Positions 13,580 through 27,100 of a DNA stretch of 64,000 nucleotides are shown here, one piece after another (position 1 is the first letter of the stretch; every line of letters begins with the position of its first letter). Made by a program: the position numbers and the translations under genes. Under the pieces are notes generated by a model. That model did not search any database. It was not told the DNA's origin and saw nothing but the letters and a program-made list of their open reading frames with translations. The stretch spans positions 122,264,001 to 122,328,000 of the forward strand of contig CM097886.1 of assembly GCA_044892525.1 (NCBI GenBank). The letters run 5' to 3'. Origin of the DNA: Schmidtea polychroa (Eukaryota).

Positions 13580-13699
13580 CGTTCTCGGAGCATCGGAATA
13601 GAGTCTATTGAAACAATTTATTTCGTCAACAATGCGTTTTTTACTGTCGGAATTTATTGAATTTTCATTTTGAGAAAATGATTTGACGAGTAAATTAAC
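13580..13699 (-). CDS. RNF170: RNF170 exon 3
   Basis: 120-nt phase-0 exon VNLLVKSF...DEINCFNRLYSDAPRT (human DINDYNRRFSGQPRS), bounded by AG and GTAATT. Confidence 0.85.
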
Positions 13700-13744
13700 C
13701 TAGTTATCAATAAAATTATTAATCCTTTGTCATAATGCCGTTAC

Positions 13745-13991
13745 ATTTGTCCGACACATTGGACAATTGACGTTTCTCACAAAATTTCCAACATGCCAAT
13801 ACAGTGTGAAACAATTTCCACAAAATTCATGTCCACAATTGGTTTCTACTTTAAACTCAAAGCTTTCCAAACATATCGGACAAATTTCTGAATCATAAAT
13901 TCGGATTTCATTTCGACTATGAGAAATAGATATTTGGTCTCTAATTGATGAAACATCTTCAACACTGTCTGGATGGATTCTGGTCACATTT
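13745..13991 (-). CDS. RNF170: RNF170 exon 2 (C3HC4 RING)
   Basis: CPICLESFEFKVETNCGHEFCGNCFTLYWHVGNFVRNVNCPMCRTN matches the RNF170 RING. AG acceptor ends at 13992; GTAACG donor at 13744 opens a 45-nt intron that removes the TGA. Confidence 0.9.
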
Positions 13992-14039
13992 CTTAATTAG
14001 AACGCTTATAAAAAGTGAAGATAATGTTAAATTTTAAAC

Positions 14040-14131
14040 CTTTGAAAAAGCCTGGAAATTATATTTTTACCAAAAATGAAAATTAATATAAATATAATAA
14101 GCGCAACTAAAAGATAAAATGACGAATCCAT
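14040..14131 (-). CDS. RNF170: RING finger protein 170, exon 1 (N-terminal TM segment; start codon tentative)
   Basis: ATG at 14131 gives MDSSFYLLVALIIFILIFIFGKNIISRLFQ. GT donor at 14039 and a 48-nt intron join in phase to exon 2 (...LFQ-R-NVTRIHP, compare human LFRNVHQNIHP). An upstream exon entering at an acceptor near 14107 is not excluded. Confidence 0.6.
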
Positions 14132-16490
14132 ATACGAAATATACAAAATTAAAAATGATATAATTTAATAATTATCAATTCATTTGAAATATTTCATATT
14201 TAATTGATGAGTTAAAACACTGGCATTTACTATAACTTACCTTTAATAAAAAAATACAAAAGTAAGTTATTTACTAATTATATTCAAGGATTTAGTTAAG
14301 AATAGCGTGTTGATACCTCTTTTATTTTACTAACAAACCTATGAATATTATTATATTTTTACAGTTATTTGACGTATGAGAAACCTAACAATATATTTTC
14401 TTAAAGTTCGAAATCATACAGGTTAACGTTGATAAGAAGACATTCGAGTGAAAGATGAGCTTTCCCTTGTTTACCCATGCTTTACCTTTGGTCAGGAAGA
14501 CATTTTTGTTTGAACCTTAAGGACGACCAACAATAAGTTCTTTGATTTCTAGTTACTTCGTGGTGGAATTATTTTTATCTAAAACTATTAACAAAATTTA
14601 TGGAAAAAATTATGGAGTATTGTTAACCTGAAAAGTCTCCCTTTAAAATCATCAATGTGTCAAATCTTCAATGTCCTGATTCTTCAATGTCTACTCTTAC
14701 TCTGATATGCATTTTTCTAATTTCTCACCCAACATTCGATTGACCAATCCAAGTTATCATGTCGCCAAGTTCCGGAGATCAATCACTTTCTCTCCTTTGC
14801 TGTTCTAGTATTTGGTAAGCAGCTTTCATTTGATGAGGCAGAACCACGTTTTATCAATTCCTTTACAATATTCTTTCAATTTATTGTACTTGAGCTGGAG
14901 GTACTAAATCAGATAATAAATTTTGAGTAAATATCAATATTAATAATTACTGTGCAAGAGTCTTTGAGCAATTTTTATGTTTGCTTTTGTATTCTAGTGG
15001 ATCAATTACTAATGGGGTTTAAGCTGATATAGTGCAGTTACGAAAAGGAAAAGACGAACGGCCTACTATTCACAAAGTGAAACGCACAAATTAAATGTTA
15101 CTGGAATATACATGATACGACGAGACTTACCTTAGGGTTTACAAATAGAGGATAAAGAAGCTAAAGACGAAACTAAACCATTAGAGAAACGAGAAAGATA
15201 TAACACTGTTGTTGATCCAGTCAGGGTGGTATATAAATTAAGAATTATTTCCACCCCGCAGAGATCATCTGCGCATAAGCGATTCAAGACCAATTCTTAC
15301 CGTGGAAAAAAAATAAATGCAAGCTGGACTGGGTACAGATGAATCACTGAAGTTAAAGAAAGGAGGCCCAACTTATGATGCAAATGAGAAAGATGATGAT
15401 TGATGCTGGGGCTCGCAAAAATAATCCGTAAACTGATATCTGTAAAATATGATAGTAAATTTATTTTATAGATAAAGTTTTCTTTTCTTTTTCTAATGAA
15501 ATTGTCAATTGAACTAAATTAAATTAATCAATCATGAGAAAATATTTAGAAAACTAGTTCTGCGACAAGTTAGCAAGTTAGTTTACAAGTTGACAAATTT
15601 TTAACTATTTCCAAAAAATGAATTTTACACCAAACATCACTGAGAACCATTTCCTATAATATTACAAAAAAATCAATAATCTTACATTATAGAAACATAC
15701 ATACTTACTTTGATTTCACGTTGATGTTCTCATTTATAGCTCAATGAGATACATCTTATATTATAGAAATCTGAAAAGTGGAAGAAAAAATAAAAACTGC
15801 ACACAAACGCAACACATATTAAAAAACACATACAAACTTTTGATTCGTAGAAAGGTAACGATGAGATACGTTTCTATAATAATTCTATTTTAGACAATTT
15901 TTAGAAAAAATAGATCGTTGAAAATTTTTAAAATTATATTTTTAATGAAAATATCAAGAGCCGATGAATTTGGTTCAATATCTTTTTACTCCAGATTTGA
16001 TTTCCTTAAAGAATCCCCTCATATTGAGCTTAGAAAAAAAATTACAAAAATTAAAAAAATTATTTTAATCAGCGATTTTTCCCAAAATGTTTTAAAAAAA
16101 TACATTATTTTGGTGATTTATTTATTAATTAATTATAAATAAAAATATATCGGACTCACGTTTTTTCGAAATAATTCCAAGATAAATATCATAAAATTTC
16201 TTAAAAAACCCTGAAAATTAATTAAAATTAATTTATAATTATATTGTTGATTAAAGGTAATATTTAAGAACTTGAATAATGATCTCATATCCATATGGAT
16301 CAAAATTCAAGTCTTAAAATTTACTTTAAATTTAATATCTTACCTGAAAACAATTTCTAAAATGGCTAAAATAAATTTCATACGTAAAAAAAATTACTGA
16401 CAACTTTGCTTTATTTATCATCAACATCAGTAGAAAATTCATCAGTAGTAAATTGGTGAGTGAGCAATCGCTCCACACGCAAACCACCAC

Positions 16491-17415
16491 TATACACCCA
16501 ATTCCAAAATTTAATAACTTCTATAATTCACGTTGGTGTGCACATCAGTTGATGTGAGTCACCATTTACGTGAAAATGAAGTTATTAAATTTCAATTACA
16601 TGTATTCAATTTATTAAAAATGGTTTTCAGGTAATTTTTTTAATTTCAATTAACTTTTAAGACTTGAATTTTGATTTTATATAATTATGAGATCATTATT
16701 CAAGTTCTTAAATATTACTGTTAGTCAGCATTTATAATATAACATTAATAATTAAATTGCAGGTGTTTTCTTAGGAATTATATGATATTTTATGCATTTA
16801 TCTGGAATTATTTCGTTAAAATGTAAGTTAGATATATATTTAACTAAATTAATAAACTAATCACCGAATACATTTATTTTTTTAATGCAATCTTCCAAAT
16901 TCTTGGTAATTGTTCCATTTTCAAAGGCATTAATAAGCCGTATTTTGTTATTTTCTGTATATCTATGAAAATATTAATTTATTAAAATAATTTATTTAAA
17001 TTTACGATTTGCGAATTTATTTCTGTAAATCAAAAGATCTCGAAGGACCTTCAATATTTTAATGTTTTGTAATTTAATGAATAAAACTTACATTGTATTT
17101 TCTTCTTTCAAGGTAGAGCTTAAATTAAAAGTAATTTTTTGCATTTTTAATAATTTAAAAAATAATTATATTTTAACAATATGTTAACAGTTATTAATTT
17201 CGGAACAAAAACCTATATAAGAATTTTGCATGCATTTTTCATTATGTGTTTTGTGTTGGTGTGTTCAGTTATTTTTCTCACCTTCACTAAACCTATAATA
17301 AAGTTACTAAATTTCGGAACAATAAATTTCTACACACAGGTAAGTTTGTGTGTTCCTATAATATATATTAATTTTTTTTAATTATAGAAGTTATTAAATT
17401 TCGGAATTAGGTATA
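16491..17415. mobile_element. MITE-like non-autonomous DNA element
   Basis: About 35-bp imperfect TIRs (TATAC..AATTCC(A/G)AAATTTAATAACTTCTATAA). Internal copies of the GTTATTAAATTTCGGAA-like motif at about 16578, 17190 and 17303. No ORF. Confidence 0.55.
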
Positions 17416-18626
17416 GAGAATGTATCTCAGTGGTGTTTGGTGTAAATCCATATTTATATTGATTTGAGTTGTCCGTCTACACAAGTGCTTCCACTCTGTC
17501 AAATCAGAATGCGTGTAATTTTGATTGACTGTACCTGATTAGTATAATTTAATTTTCATAAATTTTTATATTTAATTGATTGTTTAAAACAATCGAATTA
17601 TTTAATAATTTTCATCTTCTATTTTATTTTGATATTTATTTGCGATTTTATTGGAAATTTTTTAATAATTATTTTTTTTATTCTTTTTCCTTAATTTTGC
17701 ACCTTCTGTTATAGCTCCTTCGTATGTAAATACGACTAATAATCATTCTTAATTTTTTATATTATTAATTATTTGTATTTCTTTTATTTTCGATTTGGAA
17801 GATTTTTTTAAAAAGCGCTGTTGATCTTTTAACCATGTTGGTGATTGCAACTTCTTGCGTTTATCAATCTTACTATGTGTTTTATTTATAAATTATAGAT
17901 TTTAATTCAACTTTATGTGGTTTTCATGCTATGTATTTCTTCCTCATTTAAACAAGCTCTCAATTTTTCTGCTCTAACTCCACATTAGTAAGTAATACAA
18001 TTCGGCATTAATTATCGAGAAAAAATTCCTATAAAAGAAACTAAAAACTTAGCCAATTTGGTATGATGATCGAAAACAAAAAGCGAGTAAAAATTCGACC
18101 AACAGAGTAAGTAATATAAAAAAGCGGAATTGGAATGATTGTGATAAGTTGTACTAAAAAAATTAATTGTGTTCTTATTTTGACCAAGAATTGGAATTAT
18201 CCTACCAAGCAATAATTACAAATCAACATATAAGATAATAAAATACCAGTTATATTTTTTGTAATTATATGATATTTATTTTCGCTTAACATTTTCAATT
18301 TGTTTAATTTGATTGAAAAAACATTAAAAAGCGTACAAATTATTTTAATTTTTTCACATATATTTGCAAGTTCAATTTATGGTAGTGCTAAAAGTCTCCA
18401 AATGCCTTAAACTGCATGTGATAAGTAAAATATTTAAAAACATTCTAATTTACTTCTAAACCAAGTATTAGATATTAAGTTTCATTGGCTGGCAGGCCCG
18501 GTTTTAGGCATAGGCGACGTCGGCAGCAGCCTAGGGCGCCGATTTACAAGCGGGCGCCAAATAGTTCTGCTTTTTTTATCAAGTAAATTAAATATTTTAT
18601 AAACTTTCTATCTTTATATTGATATA

Positions 18627-18760
18627 NNNNNNNNNNNNNNNNNNNNNNNNNNNNNNNNNNNNNNNNNNNNNNNNNNNNNNNNNNNNNNNNNNNNNNNNNN
18701 NNNNNNNNNNNNNNNNNNNNNNNNNNNNNNNNNNNNNNNNNNNNNNNNNNNNNNNNNNNN
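18627..18760. other. Assembly gap (134 N)
   Basis: Run of N. Confidence 1.
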
Positions 18761-19221
18761 TTCCATCGTTGTTTTAGTCCGATACCGATTACTTATTTCT
18801 TTTAAAATTTAAAAAAATACAACGGAAAATCGATTTAAAAAAATATTTTGCAAGTTCAAAAAAGTTAACTGAAAAGCGGTTTTAAAAAAAATTTAGCATA
18901 TAGCATGCTCTGAAATTTTTTTAAATTACGCAATAATTTTTAGTTTTATTTTAAAAGAATAAAGTCACATGCAGTAAAGTTTTAAAAGACTAAAGTAAAT
19001 GTTAAAAAAGTTAAAAAATAAATAAACAGAAAGTGAAAAAAAAAATAAAATTTAATTAGTGCAGGGCTCAAATTTTTTTTATTTAAAGTATATATAATTT
19101 CGGTCGTACTTCCAGTATAATTTTTACATATATACAACACAGTAATTTAATTTATATTGGATTTTTCTACACCTATTATTAAATCTATTATATTCTATTA
19201 ATTTTTACTTGAGGTAGCATA

Positions 19222-21873
19222 ATGGCAGATAGAAAAAAATTATCTGGCGCACAAAATAGAAAACGTAAAGCTGAAAAGAAAAATGAAGAAAAAAAGCAAG
19301 AAGGTGCTTTTCTGAAATATATTTGTCGTCAACAATCACAAGATAAAAATCGAAATGAAATGACTCCGAGAAAACAAGTAGACTGCAATTTGGAAGAGCA
19401 AATGGATAGGAACTCTACAACTAGAAATGCAGAGGTGCCTATTTTGACTGAGTTTCCACATACGAATGTGGAAGAAACTATAGAAGAAACTGAAGTTGAA
19501 ACAATTGAAGAAACTGTTGAAGAACCTATAGAAGAAATTGTATTAGAAACTATAGAAGACACTGAAGAAATTTTAATTAATGAAACTTTGGAAATATTAG
19601 AAAGCGTAAATTCGAGTCTTGATTATAGTGATCCGGCAACTTGGTTAAATTCACATGACTTACGTTCTGGCCGTTTGAGGCAAATTTTGGTTGAACACGG
19701 ACCAGAACAAATTGAAGAATTTGATTTTCCTCAAAATGAGAGCCATAGAAAACTTTCAATGAATTTTTATAGAAGGAGACTTGCAAATGGAGAAGAAATG
19801 CGGCGTCATTGGCTACAGTATTCCAAAACAACTAATTCGGCATTCTGCTTTTGTTGCAAAATTTTTAATAATAACCAGCGTGTAATACATCTCTCCGATA
19901 AAGGATCAAGCGATTGGAAAAATATGTCTGTAATTTTAGAAAGACATGAGAAAAATAAGGATCATTTAATTAATTTTCAAACTTGGAAGGAGCTAGAATT
20001 GCGTTTAAAAAAGAATAAAACTATTGACCAGGATAATTTGCGTCTCATAAAACAAGAAGAGAGACACTGGCAACAAGTCTTAGAGCGTCTTATAGGTCTA
20101 GTTAAAGTGCTTGCTACGCAAAATATTGCATTTCGCGGAAGCAATGAAAAATTGTATTCTCCTGGAAATGGAAACTTCCTTAGCTTTGTAGAATATTTGG
20201 CCTCTTTTGATCCAATTATGGGTGAGCATCTTCGCAGAATAAAGAACAATGAAACACAAGTTCATTATTTGGGAAAAGATATTCAGAATGAGTTAATACA
20301 ACTTTTATCTAAGAGTATTAAAACAAAAATTTTAAAATCGATTTCCATGGCTAAATATTTTTCAATAATCCTGGATTGCACACCAGACGCTAGCCATACT
20401 GAACAAATGACGTTGATTATTCGTTTTGTCCATACAAATACAGAAAATTGTGATTTAGATCCCATATGCATAAGAGAACATTTTTTGGGATTTGTAAAAC
20501 TAACAGATACAACTGGTGCTGGTATGACCGATGAAATCGTTCAGATGTTAGCAGATATGTCATTACCTATTGAGAACTTGCGTGGCCAAGGATACGATAA
20601 TGGTAGCAATATGAAAGGCAAAGAAAATGGCGTGCAACGGCGAATTCTGAATCTAAATCCACGAGCACTATTTGTTCCTTGTTCTGCGCATTCTTTGAAT
20701 CTGGTTGTTAATGACGCTGTAAGCTGTTGTTTAGATGCTACATCATTTTTTATGTTAGTGCAACGAATATATGTCTATTTTGCCGCTTCAACACGTCGAT
20801 GGGAAGTTTTAAAACGTCATGCTTCAAACTTGACAGTGAAGCCATTGAGCGATACAAGATGGGAGAGCCGAATCGATGCCCTTAAACCTCTACGCTATCA
20901 GCTAAGTAAAGTTATTGCTGCACTTATTGATATTTTTCAAGATACTTCTCAAACAGGAGTTTCTGGTAATACTTCACGTATAGAAGCACAGGGCCTTGCT
21001 AAAGCTATTTCGAATTTCGAGTTTGTAGTTTCTGTTATTATCTGGTATGATATTCTTTTCAACATAAATATTACAACCAAACAACTTCAATCTGAGAAAA
21101 TTAATATTCAAGATGCTATGAAGCTACTAGAAGATACCAAAAAATTTCTATTCAACTCCCGAAATGATGAAGGTTTTGAAAAAATATTGGTAGATGCGCG
21201 AGAACTTGCTGAAGAATCAGAAATTTCCCCAATCTTTAAACAAACTCAGCGTATCAGAAAACAAAAAAAACAGTTCGAATATGAAGCCAACGATGAGCCC
21301 ATTCAGAACCCAAAAGAAAAATTTAAGATCAGCTTTTACTTCGCAGTTTTGGATAGAGCTTTAAAATCTGTTGAGCAAAGATTCACCCAAATGTCAACGA
21401 TAAATTCAACATTTGGATTTCTATACAACATACATAATTTGCAATATATTTCGTCAAAGAAAATATTAGAGGATTGTCTTAAACTGGAAAATTTTTTACG
21501 GCACGATGATTCTAAAGATATTGATGGTACAGATTTATTGAACGAATTGATATTTATAGCTAGACATATTCCAAAAAACTTATTGCCGGAAGATGTACTT
21601 AATTATATTTGTAAAAATAATATAGTGGACAGCGTTCCAAATATATTTGTTGCTTTGCGAATTTTATTAACCCTACCAGTTTCTGTGGCAAGCGGTGAAC
21701 GAAGCTTTTCGAAGCTTAAGCAGATCAAAACATATATAAGATCTACAATGTCACAAGAACGGCTTGTGGGATTAGCAATATTGTCGATTGAACACGAAAT
21801 GGCGCGTGATATAGATACGAAGTTGCTGCTTGAAGATTTCGCTAAACTAAAAGCACGAAAAATTAAATTTTAA
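19222..21873 (+). CDS. hAT transposase (ZMYM1-like; TTF-type Zn finger, DUF4371, dimerisation domain), 883 aa
   Basis: WLQYS..AFCFCCKIF; IILDCTPD; GQGYDNG; CSAHSLNL; TRWESR; SVASGERSFSKLK. Catalytic D, D and E all present; no stops. Confidence 0.95.
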   Translation: MADRKKLSGAQNRKRKAEKKNEEKKQEGAFLKYICRQQSQDKNRNEMTPRKQVDCNLEEQMDRNSTTRNAEVPILTEFPHTNVEETIEETEVETIEETVEEPIEEIVLETIEDTEEILINETLEILESVNSSLDYSDPATWLNSHDLRSGRLRQILVEHGPEQIEEFDFPQNESHRKLSMNFYRRRLANGEEMRRHWLQYSKTTNSAFCFCCKIFNNNQRVIHLSDKGSSDWKNMSVILERHEKNKDHLINFQTWKELELRLKKNKTIDQDNLRLIKQEERHWQQVLERLIGLVKVLATQNIAFRGSNEKLYSPGNGNFLSFVEYLASFDPIMGEHLRRIKNNETQVHYLGKDIQNELIQLLSKSIKTKILKSISMAKYFSIILDCTPDASHTEQMTLIIRFVHTNTENCDLDPICIREHFLGFVKLTDTTGAGMTDEIVQMLADMSLPIENLRGQGYDNGSNMKGKENGVQRRILNLNPRALFVPCSAHSLNLVVNDAVSCCLDATSFFMLVQRIYVYFAASTRRWEVLKRHASNLTVKPLSDTRWESRIDALKPLRYQLSKVIAALIDIFQDTSQTGVSGNTSRIEAQGLAKAISNFEFVVSVIIWYDILFNINITTKQLQSEKINIQDAMKLLEDTKKFLFNSRNDEGFEKILVDARELAEESEISPIFKQTQRIRKQKKQFEYEANDEPIQNPKEKFKISFYFAVLDRALKSVEQRFTQMSTINSTFGFLYNIHNLQYISSKKILEDCLKLENFLRHDDSKDIDGTDLLNELIFIARHIPKNLLPEDVLNYICKNNIVDSVPNIFVALRILLTLPVSVASGERSFSKLKQIKTYIRSTMSQERLVGLAILSIEHEMARDIDTKLLLEDFAKLKARKIKF

Positions 21874-24137
21874 ATGGTTTTTGTTTTGATATATATTTTT
21901 GTGTAATAAATAAATGAAGTATAGTTATTTAATTTTCATTTACTTCTTTAATTATTGGGTTTGTTTCTAGACTAGAGGCACCATTTTTTTAGTTTGCCTA
22001 AGGCGCCAAATACTCTAGCGTCGGGCCTGTTGGCTGGTTATTTATGCCAGCAAAATGTGATTCGTCAATCCTTCATTATAAACAAAGACATCCAATTAAA
22101 ATCAGTTTTTCAAAATCCAATCTAAAAATAAAAAATTAAATTAACTATCTATTTAAATATAATTCAGTTTTCTTTATTTATTCAAATTTCAAATAGAATT
22201 CAACAAGCAATCTAATTTTAATATTTTCTTTGTTTAATTATAATGTAAAGTTAAAAGATTTGTTTATCTTATTTGTAAATCCAGGTTATAATTAGCATAT
22301 TTGGAATATTTATCATGGTAATTATTTCATGATTTCATTATTAATTCTGGTGAAATCGCGAAGTTAGTTTTTGTTAGTTATTTACTATTTTAATCATGAT
22401 TTTATGTAATATGTTATGAATTTTTTGATGAAAATTATTTTTATAATTTATTTTTAAGTTACTTTTTTGTCGTGTATTCATAAATCTAAAATGAATTCAT
22501 TTAGATAGTATTGAAGGAAAGATTAATTAAGATTCATTTTTTTCTAATTTTTAAACATCAGACATTTAACATGAAATATTAATTATCATATAAAATTTAA
22601 AGCAAAAGCTTCATTCTAGATTATAATTATTTTTGGTATTTTGATAATTTGGTAAATTATTTAAATGCTATTTCAAATTTATTTTATATTGAAAATTGTT
22701 ATTTTTCATTCAAATAATTTAAGCTTGAATATTTCTTTCTTCCTAAGAAGAATTTTGGTCAATTTAAAAAAAAATGTAGGCTAAATCTTTGTAACATTAA
22801 TGTTAAAAGTGCAAAATAGAATAAATTTTCAGTAATATTTGTATTGAAAATTTTGAGTTTCATCTTCGAGTGTCCATTTTATTATATGATTTTAAATATA
22901 TTAAGATGTTTTGTTCTCGATTTAAAGATTTAAAAGGAAAAATGGTGAAGAATGGGTGACGCAGAAAATAGCTATGGGTATTTTGGCCAAATATTATTTT
23001 GAAAATGCATTTATTTTTTTAAAAACGAGTATTAATGATATGATATCAAATCAAATATAATATTCAAATATAATAATTTTTGTGGCATTTCTAATTCACA
23101 TGGTGATCTTTATCACCATAATAAATCTGATCAACATTAAATTATTGTCATAAATAGATAGTGTTGCCTGACTTTCAAATTAATAAATATATTAATTTAA
23201 TAATTAAATTGCAAATACATTATTAAATTAAATTAGAATACATTGTTTTAATATTCATATAAGTACATTTTTAAAAATCTACATCTTTTTGATCAATAAA
23301 ATGTGATCAAAACTCTATAATTGGAACAATTTGTGGATTACGGAAATGCTATACCTATATATCGAATGGGCATTACAAATGATAAATCTTGTAAAGCTAC
23401 TGCTGGTACCCCTACTCGTCGTCAGATCACAGAACAAGCAGTCAATAGATACGTTAAGTTCAAATCAATAATTATGCTTGGATCATGGATACTGCACCAT
23501 CGCAATTGAATATCCAAACAACCCGAAATCAGGAGAGTCGTATTCAATGAAATGCAATGCTATTCTTAAATTCGCACATATCAGTTACACTTAGTTCAAA
23601 GATGTGGAATCCAATAAATATATTTTACAGATTATTATGTTCCTACAAATAGGTACTTAAAATGAAAATGAGTGTATGAATATGAATTTCTGTATTATTA
23701 TTCGGTTATTTGAGCCTAGACAAGATATCATTACTTTGGCGATCAATTCTTTCCAGGGCGTGAATCTTCTTTGCTTATATATTGTTTGTGGATGCTCAGT
23801 ATGTATATATTAATCGTTTTCTTACTTTTTACATAGAATGTCAAATTTGTATGATAATTTATAATTGAATGTTCTTTTTATAAACATCTTCGTTTTATTT
23901 ATCCCTGATTATGCGATGTAATTCCACAATGATGTAAGTAAAGTAGATATTAAGGAGAATAATGGGGGTTTTGTGCGATGCTTTACGTCCGCTGTTGAAT
24001 GAGAAGTAGAATCAGGATATTTAGCGGGTGGCTGTCAGTAAAATGTTGGCGTTTCAGGGATGATTTACCTAACGATGAAAACATAACAAGATACGAATGG
24101 GGTATGAGCATTCATCTGAGCGGTAAATTCATAGAAT

Positions 24138-27100
24138 TGTTGGGTAGTTGGTCGGGTCTGCAAGAAGTCTCCAAGTAATTGGGGATGTTAGTCCTCAACG
24201 CAAAGTTATCATACTACATTCACGGCGGGCCCCTAACCAAACACCCACACGATAACTAAGTCGATACCATCACCAAAGGGTTTTATATAGGTAAATCTCA
24301 ACATCAACGAGGTCATTTAAACTCATTTAAACTCATCATTCAACAACAAGTAGTATATTTAAAATTTACAATATGATAATAATCACACATCATAAAGTGT
24401 TCGGCGAAGTCCCCGCAAAAATCTCGTCGAGATCGAAGAAATCCCGGGTGTTCGTAGGAGGTACTACTCGAAACACAGGCGGAGAGCGAGATGTCACCTC
24501 TGCTGGGAGTGGGCTGCGGCGATCAAGTTCGCCCCTCTTTCGGCTTGGAGAGCCTTTCGTTTCTTGGTTCGCTCGGCCCGAGACGGTTACCGGCGTTTGG
24601 TAGTCTTTGTCGCGTCCGGGAGAGTGACCGGGGCCGGTGTATGGGTTGCTTGCGGAGCCGCTTGGCTGATACCGGTAAAAATGACGTCGGATGAGGTCGT
24701 TGGCCGCGGGGCGTCGGAATTACTAACACTTGCCCGATTTGTGGATTTTGCCAGCTCTATTAGTTGATAATGGTGGTGCGGGAAAACATTATCTTCCTCC
24801 GCGATGGGGATGTCGACGATCTTCTTCGTGATAGACGCCTGCACATAGACTTTGTGCAATGCCTCTGACTGCTCCTTGATCAGCGCTCGCAACGCGCGGC
24901 TCTCTTCGATCAAGTCATCGTGGCATCGTTCTGCGCGAGTCAATTTCAGTCTTATCTCCTTCATTTGGGCGGGGGAGAAGTAGGTCCCCTCTAGATGATT
25001 GGATTTTTTTAGAAGACCGTTTTGCGTCTGGAGAGTTTTAATCAAGGTGTTTTTAACTTCCTAAAAATATAAATTTATATTGACTATAACTTATAAATTA
25101 TAACTCTAAGTTGATTATAAAAGTATAAATTATAATCTTAACTTCATAAAAATATAAATTATAAACTTAAAGGTATAAATTATAAAATTATATTAGCCTT
25201 AAATATGAACTATAAATTATAACTCTAAGTTGATTATAAAAGTACAAATTATAATCTTAACTTCATAAAAATATAAATTATAAACTTAAAAGTATAAATT
25301 ATAAAATTATATTAGTTTTAAAATTATAAACTATAAATTTAATTTCATGAAAATATAAATTATAAACTTATATTAGCTGTAAGAGCATAAATGATAATCT
25401 CAATTTGGTCATAAAAGTATAAAGTATAAACTACGTTAGCGATAAAAATATAATCTATGATCTCATAATAAGTTGTAAATTTTTTATCAACAACCCCCCC
25501 CCCATTAACTCTATAGTCGTTAACTACCATCTAAATACACTGGGTTGGCTTATCATAATATATATTTATCTTATATACTTATCTTATATTATATTTAAAA
25601 AATGTAAATTGTAAATTTTTATGAATGACCCCCTCCCCCTCAAATTATATATCTATCCAAATTTACACCAAGATAGACTGCTTATATATATGTGTATATA
25701 TATGTATATATATATATATATATATATGTGTATATATTCATCTTATATTTGATTCTAAAATGATAACTCTAAAGGTTCCTAAATGACCCCCAAACGGTAT
25801 GCCCTTGGTAATTTTACATTATTAATATTATTATTTTAACACTACTGCTACTACCAGTACTACTACTACTCTTACATTTTATTATTATCATTACTTTATC
25901 ATGATTAATCTTATTAATTTTATCTTCCCCGGTAACCCCACTAAACTGATTGTATTATTAAAGTAATTATTATTTCTTAGAAATAAAATTTTAAACAAAA
26001 TTATCGATTTTGGGATTCCCCTAATGACAAATTTAATTTTGGAACATTTACACCCAATAATATTGAAGCAGATCCCTGAGGTTTATTTTTAGTGATTATT
26101 AGGTATATTTCTTATAAAATCTACTATTAAAATAAAATGGGAAGATATCGGTGATGAAATAATTGAATCCCTCAGTGGACAGGAGCTATGACTGTAACAT
26201 TTTTTGTAACAAAGGTGTTTTTTCTACTAGTAGTCATCACAACAATCATCATACCCAATCACACTTCGTGGTATAACGGTAGATTTTAAAATAAAATAAA
26301 GAAAACAATCACCCTCGCATCCACACATGTCCCAGAGAAGTCTCGGAGTTTGGACAGTTCTAGCCCGTAGGCCTATTAAATTTTACCTCATTAATTTATT
26401 TATACATTTAAATTTTCTCCTACTGACTGGTACTGCAAACATTCGCAGAAAACGATGGGTTTCCAGGTTAAACCAAACAAAAATGTATACAATCAATTTT
26501 GTAATCCAATTTTCTCTGGCGCAATACCTATAGTCTTTAACTACACGAGAACAAGCTTCCATAATAAATAAAAATTAATCTTGGTCAGTGATGGAGGTGT
26601 TAATTTTTGACAGAGAGGGTGATCAATAAGGTCATTAGCCTTGTATGCGGCATATGGTATAAGAATGTAGAACAATTAAAGTTTTGAAGAAAATTAAGTT
26701 TTATCTATACTCAGGCTACGCCACTCCCCTACACCAGCGCTACACCGAATTTGGCATTCCGTAGGAAATCCAAATCAAAGTTCGCAATCTCATTCTTAGC
26801 ACGAAGATGATACAGACATCTGAACTACACTAATCTAATTCAGGTATACTAATGTCGTCAGGGGATTTTTATTGGGTATTCAATAGTTGATAAATGTGCT
26901 GATGAAAAGAATAAGTTAAAAACCCGTACTGATAACCGCAACATTTCTTTACGAACTTAAGATCAGTAATGGAGAATAATAAATTTAAAATAGGAAGGAA
27001 AATATTTATATTAAATTCACCATTCGAAACGAATAAAAATATTTTCTTTATATATGACAGTTACCTCGGTCGATTAAATATACCTTTATAAAAACTTTAA

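Larger units (their letters stand above)
18493..22029 (+). mobile_element. Full-length hAT transposon
   Basis: TIRs CAGGCCCG...CGGGCCTG; perfect 8-bp TSD TTGGCTGG at 18485-18492 and 22030-22037; single intact transposase ORF. Confidence 0.97.

Noticed and set aside
24044-24051. TGTTGGCG as the end of the minus-strand LTR
   Set aside because: No TSD. The TGTTGGG at 24138 gives a perfect terminal repeat and the TSD GAAT.
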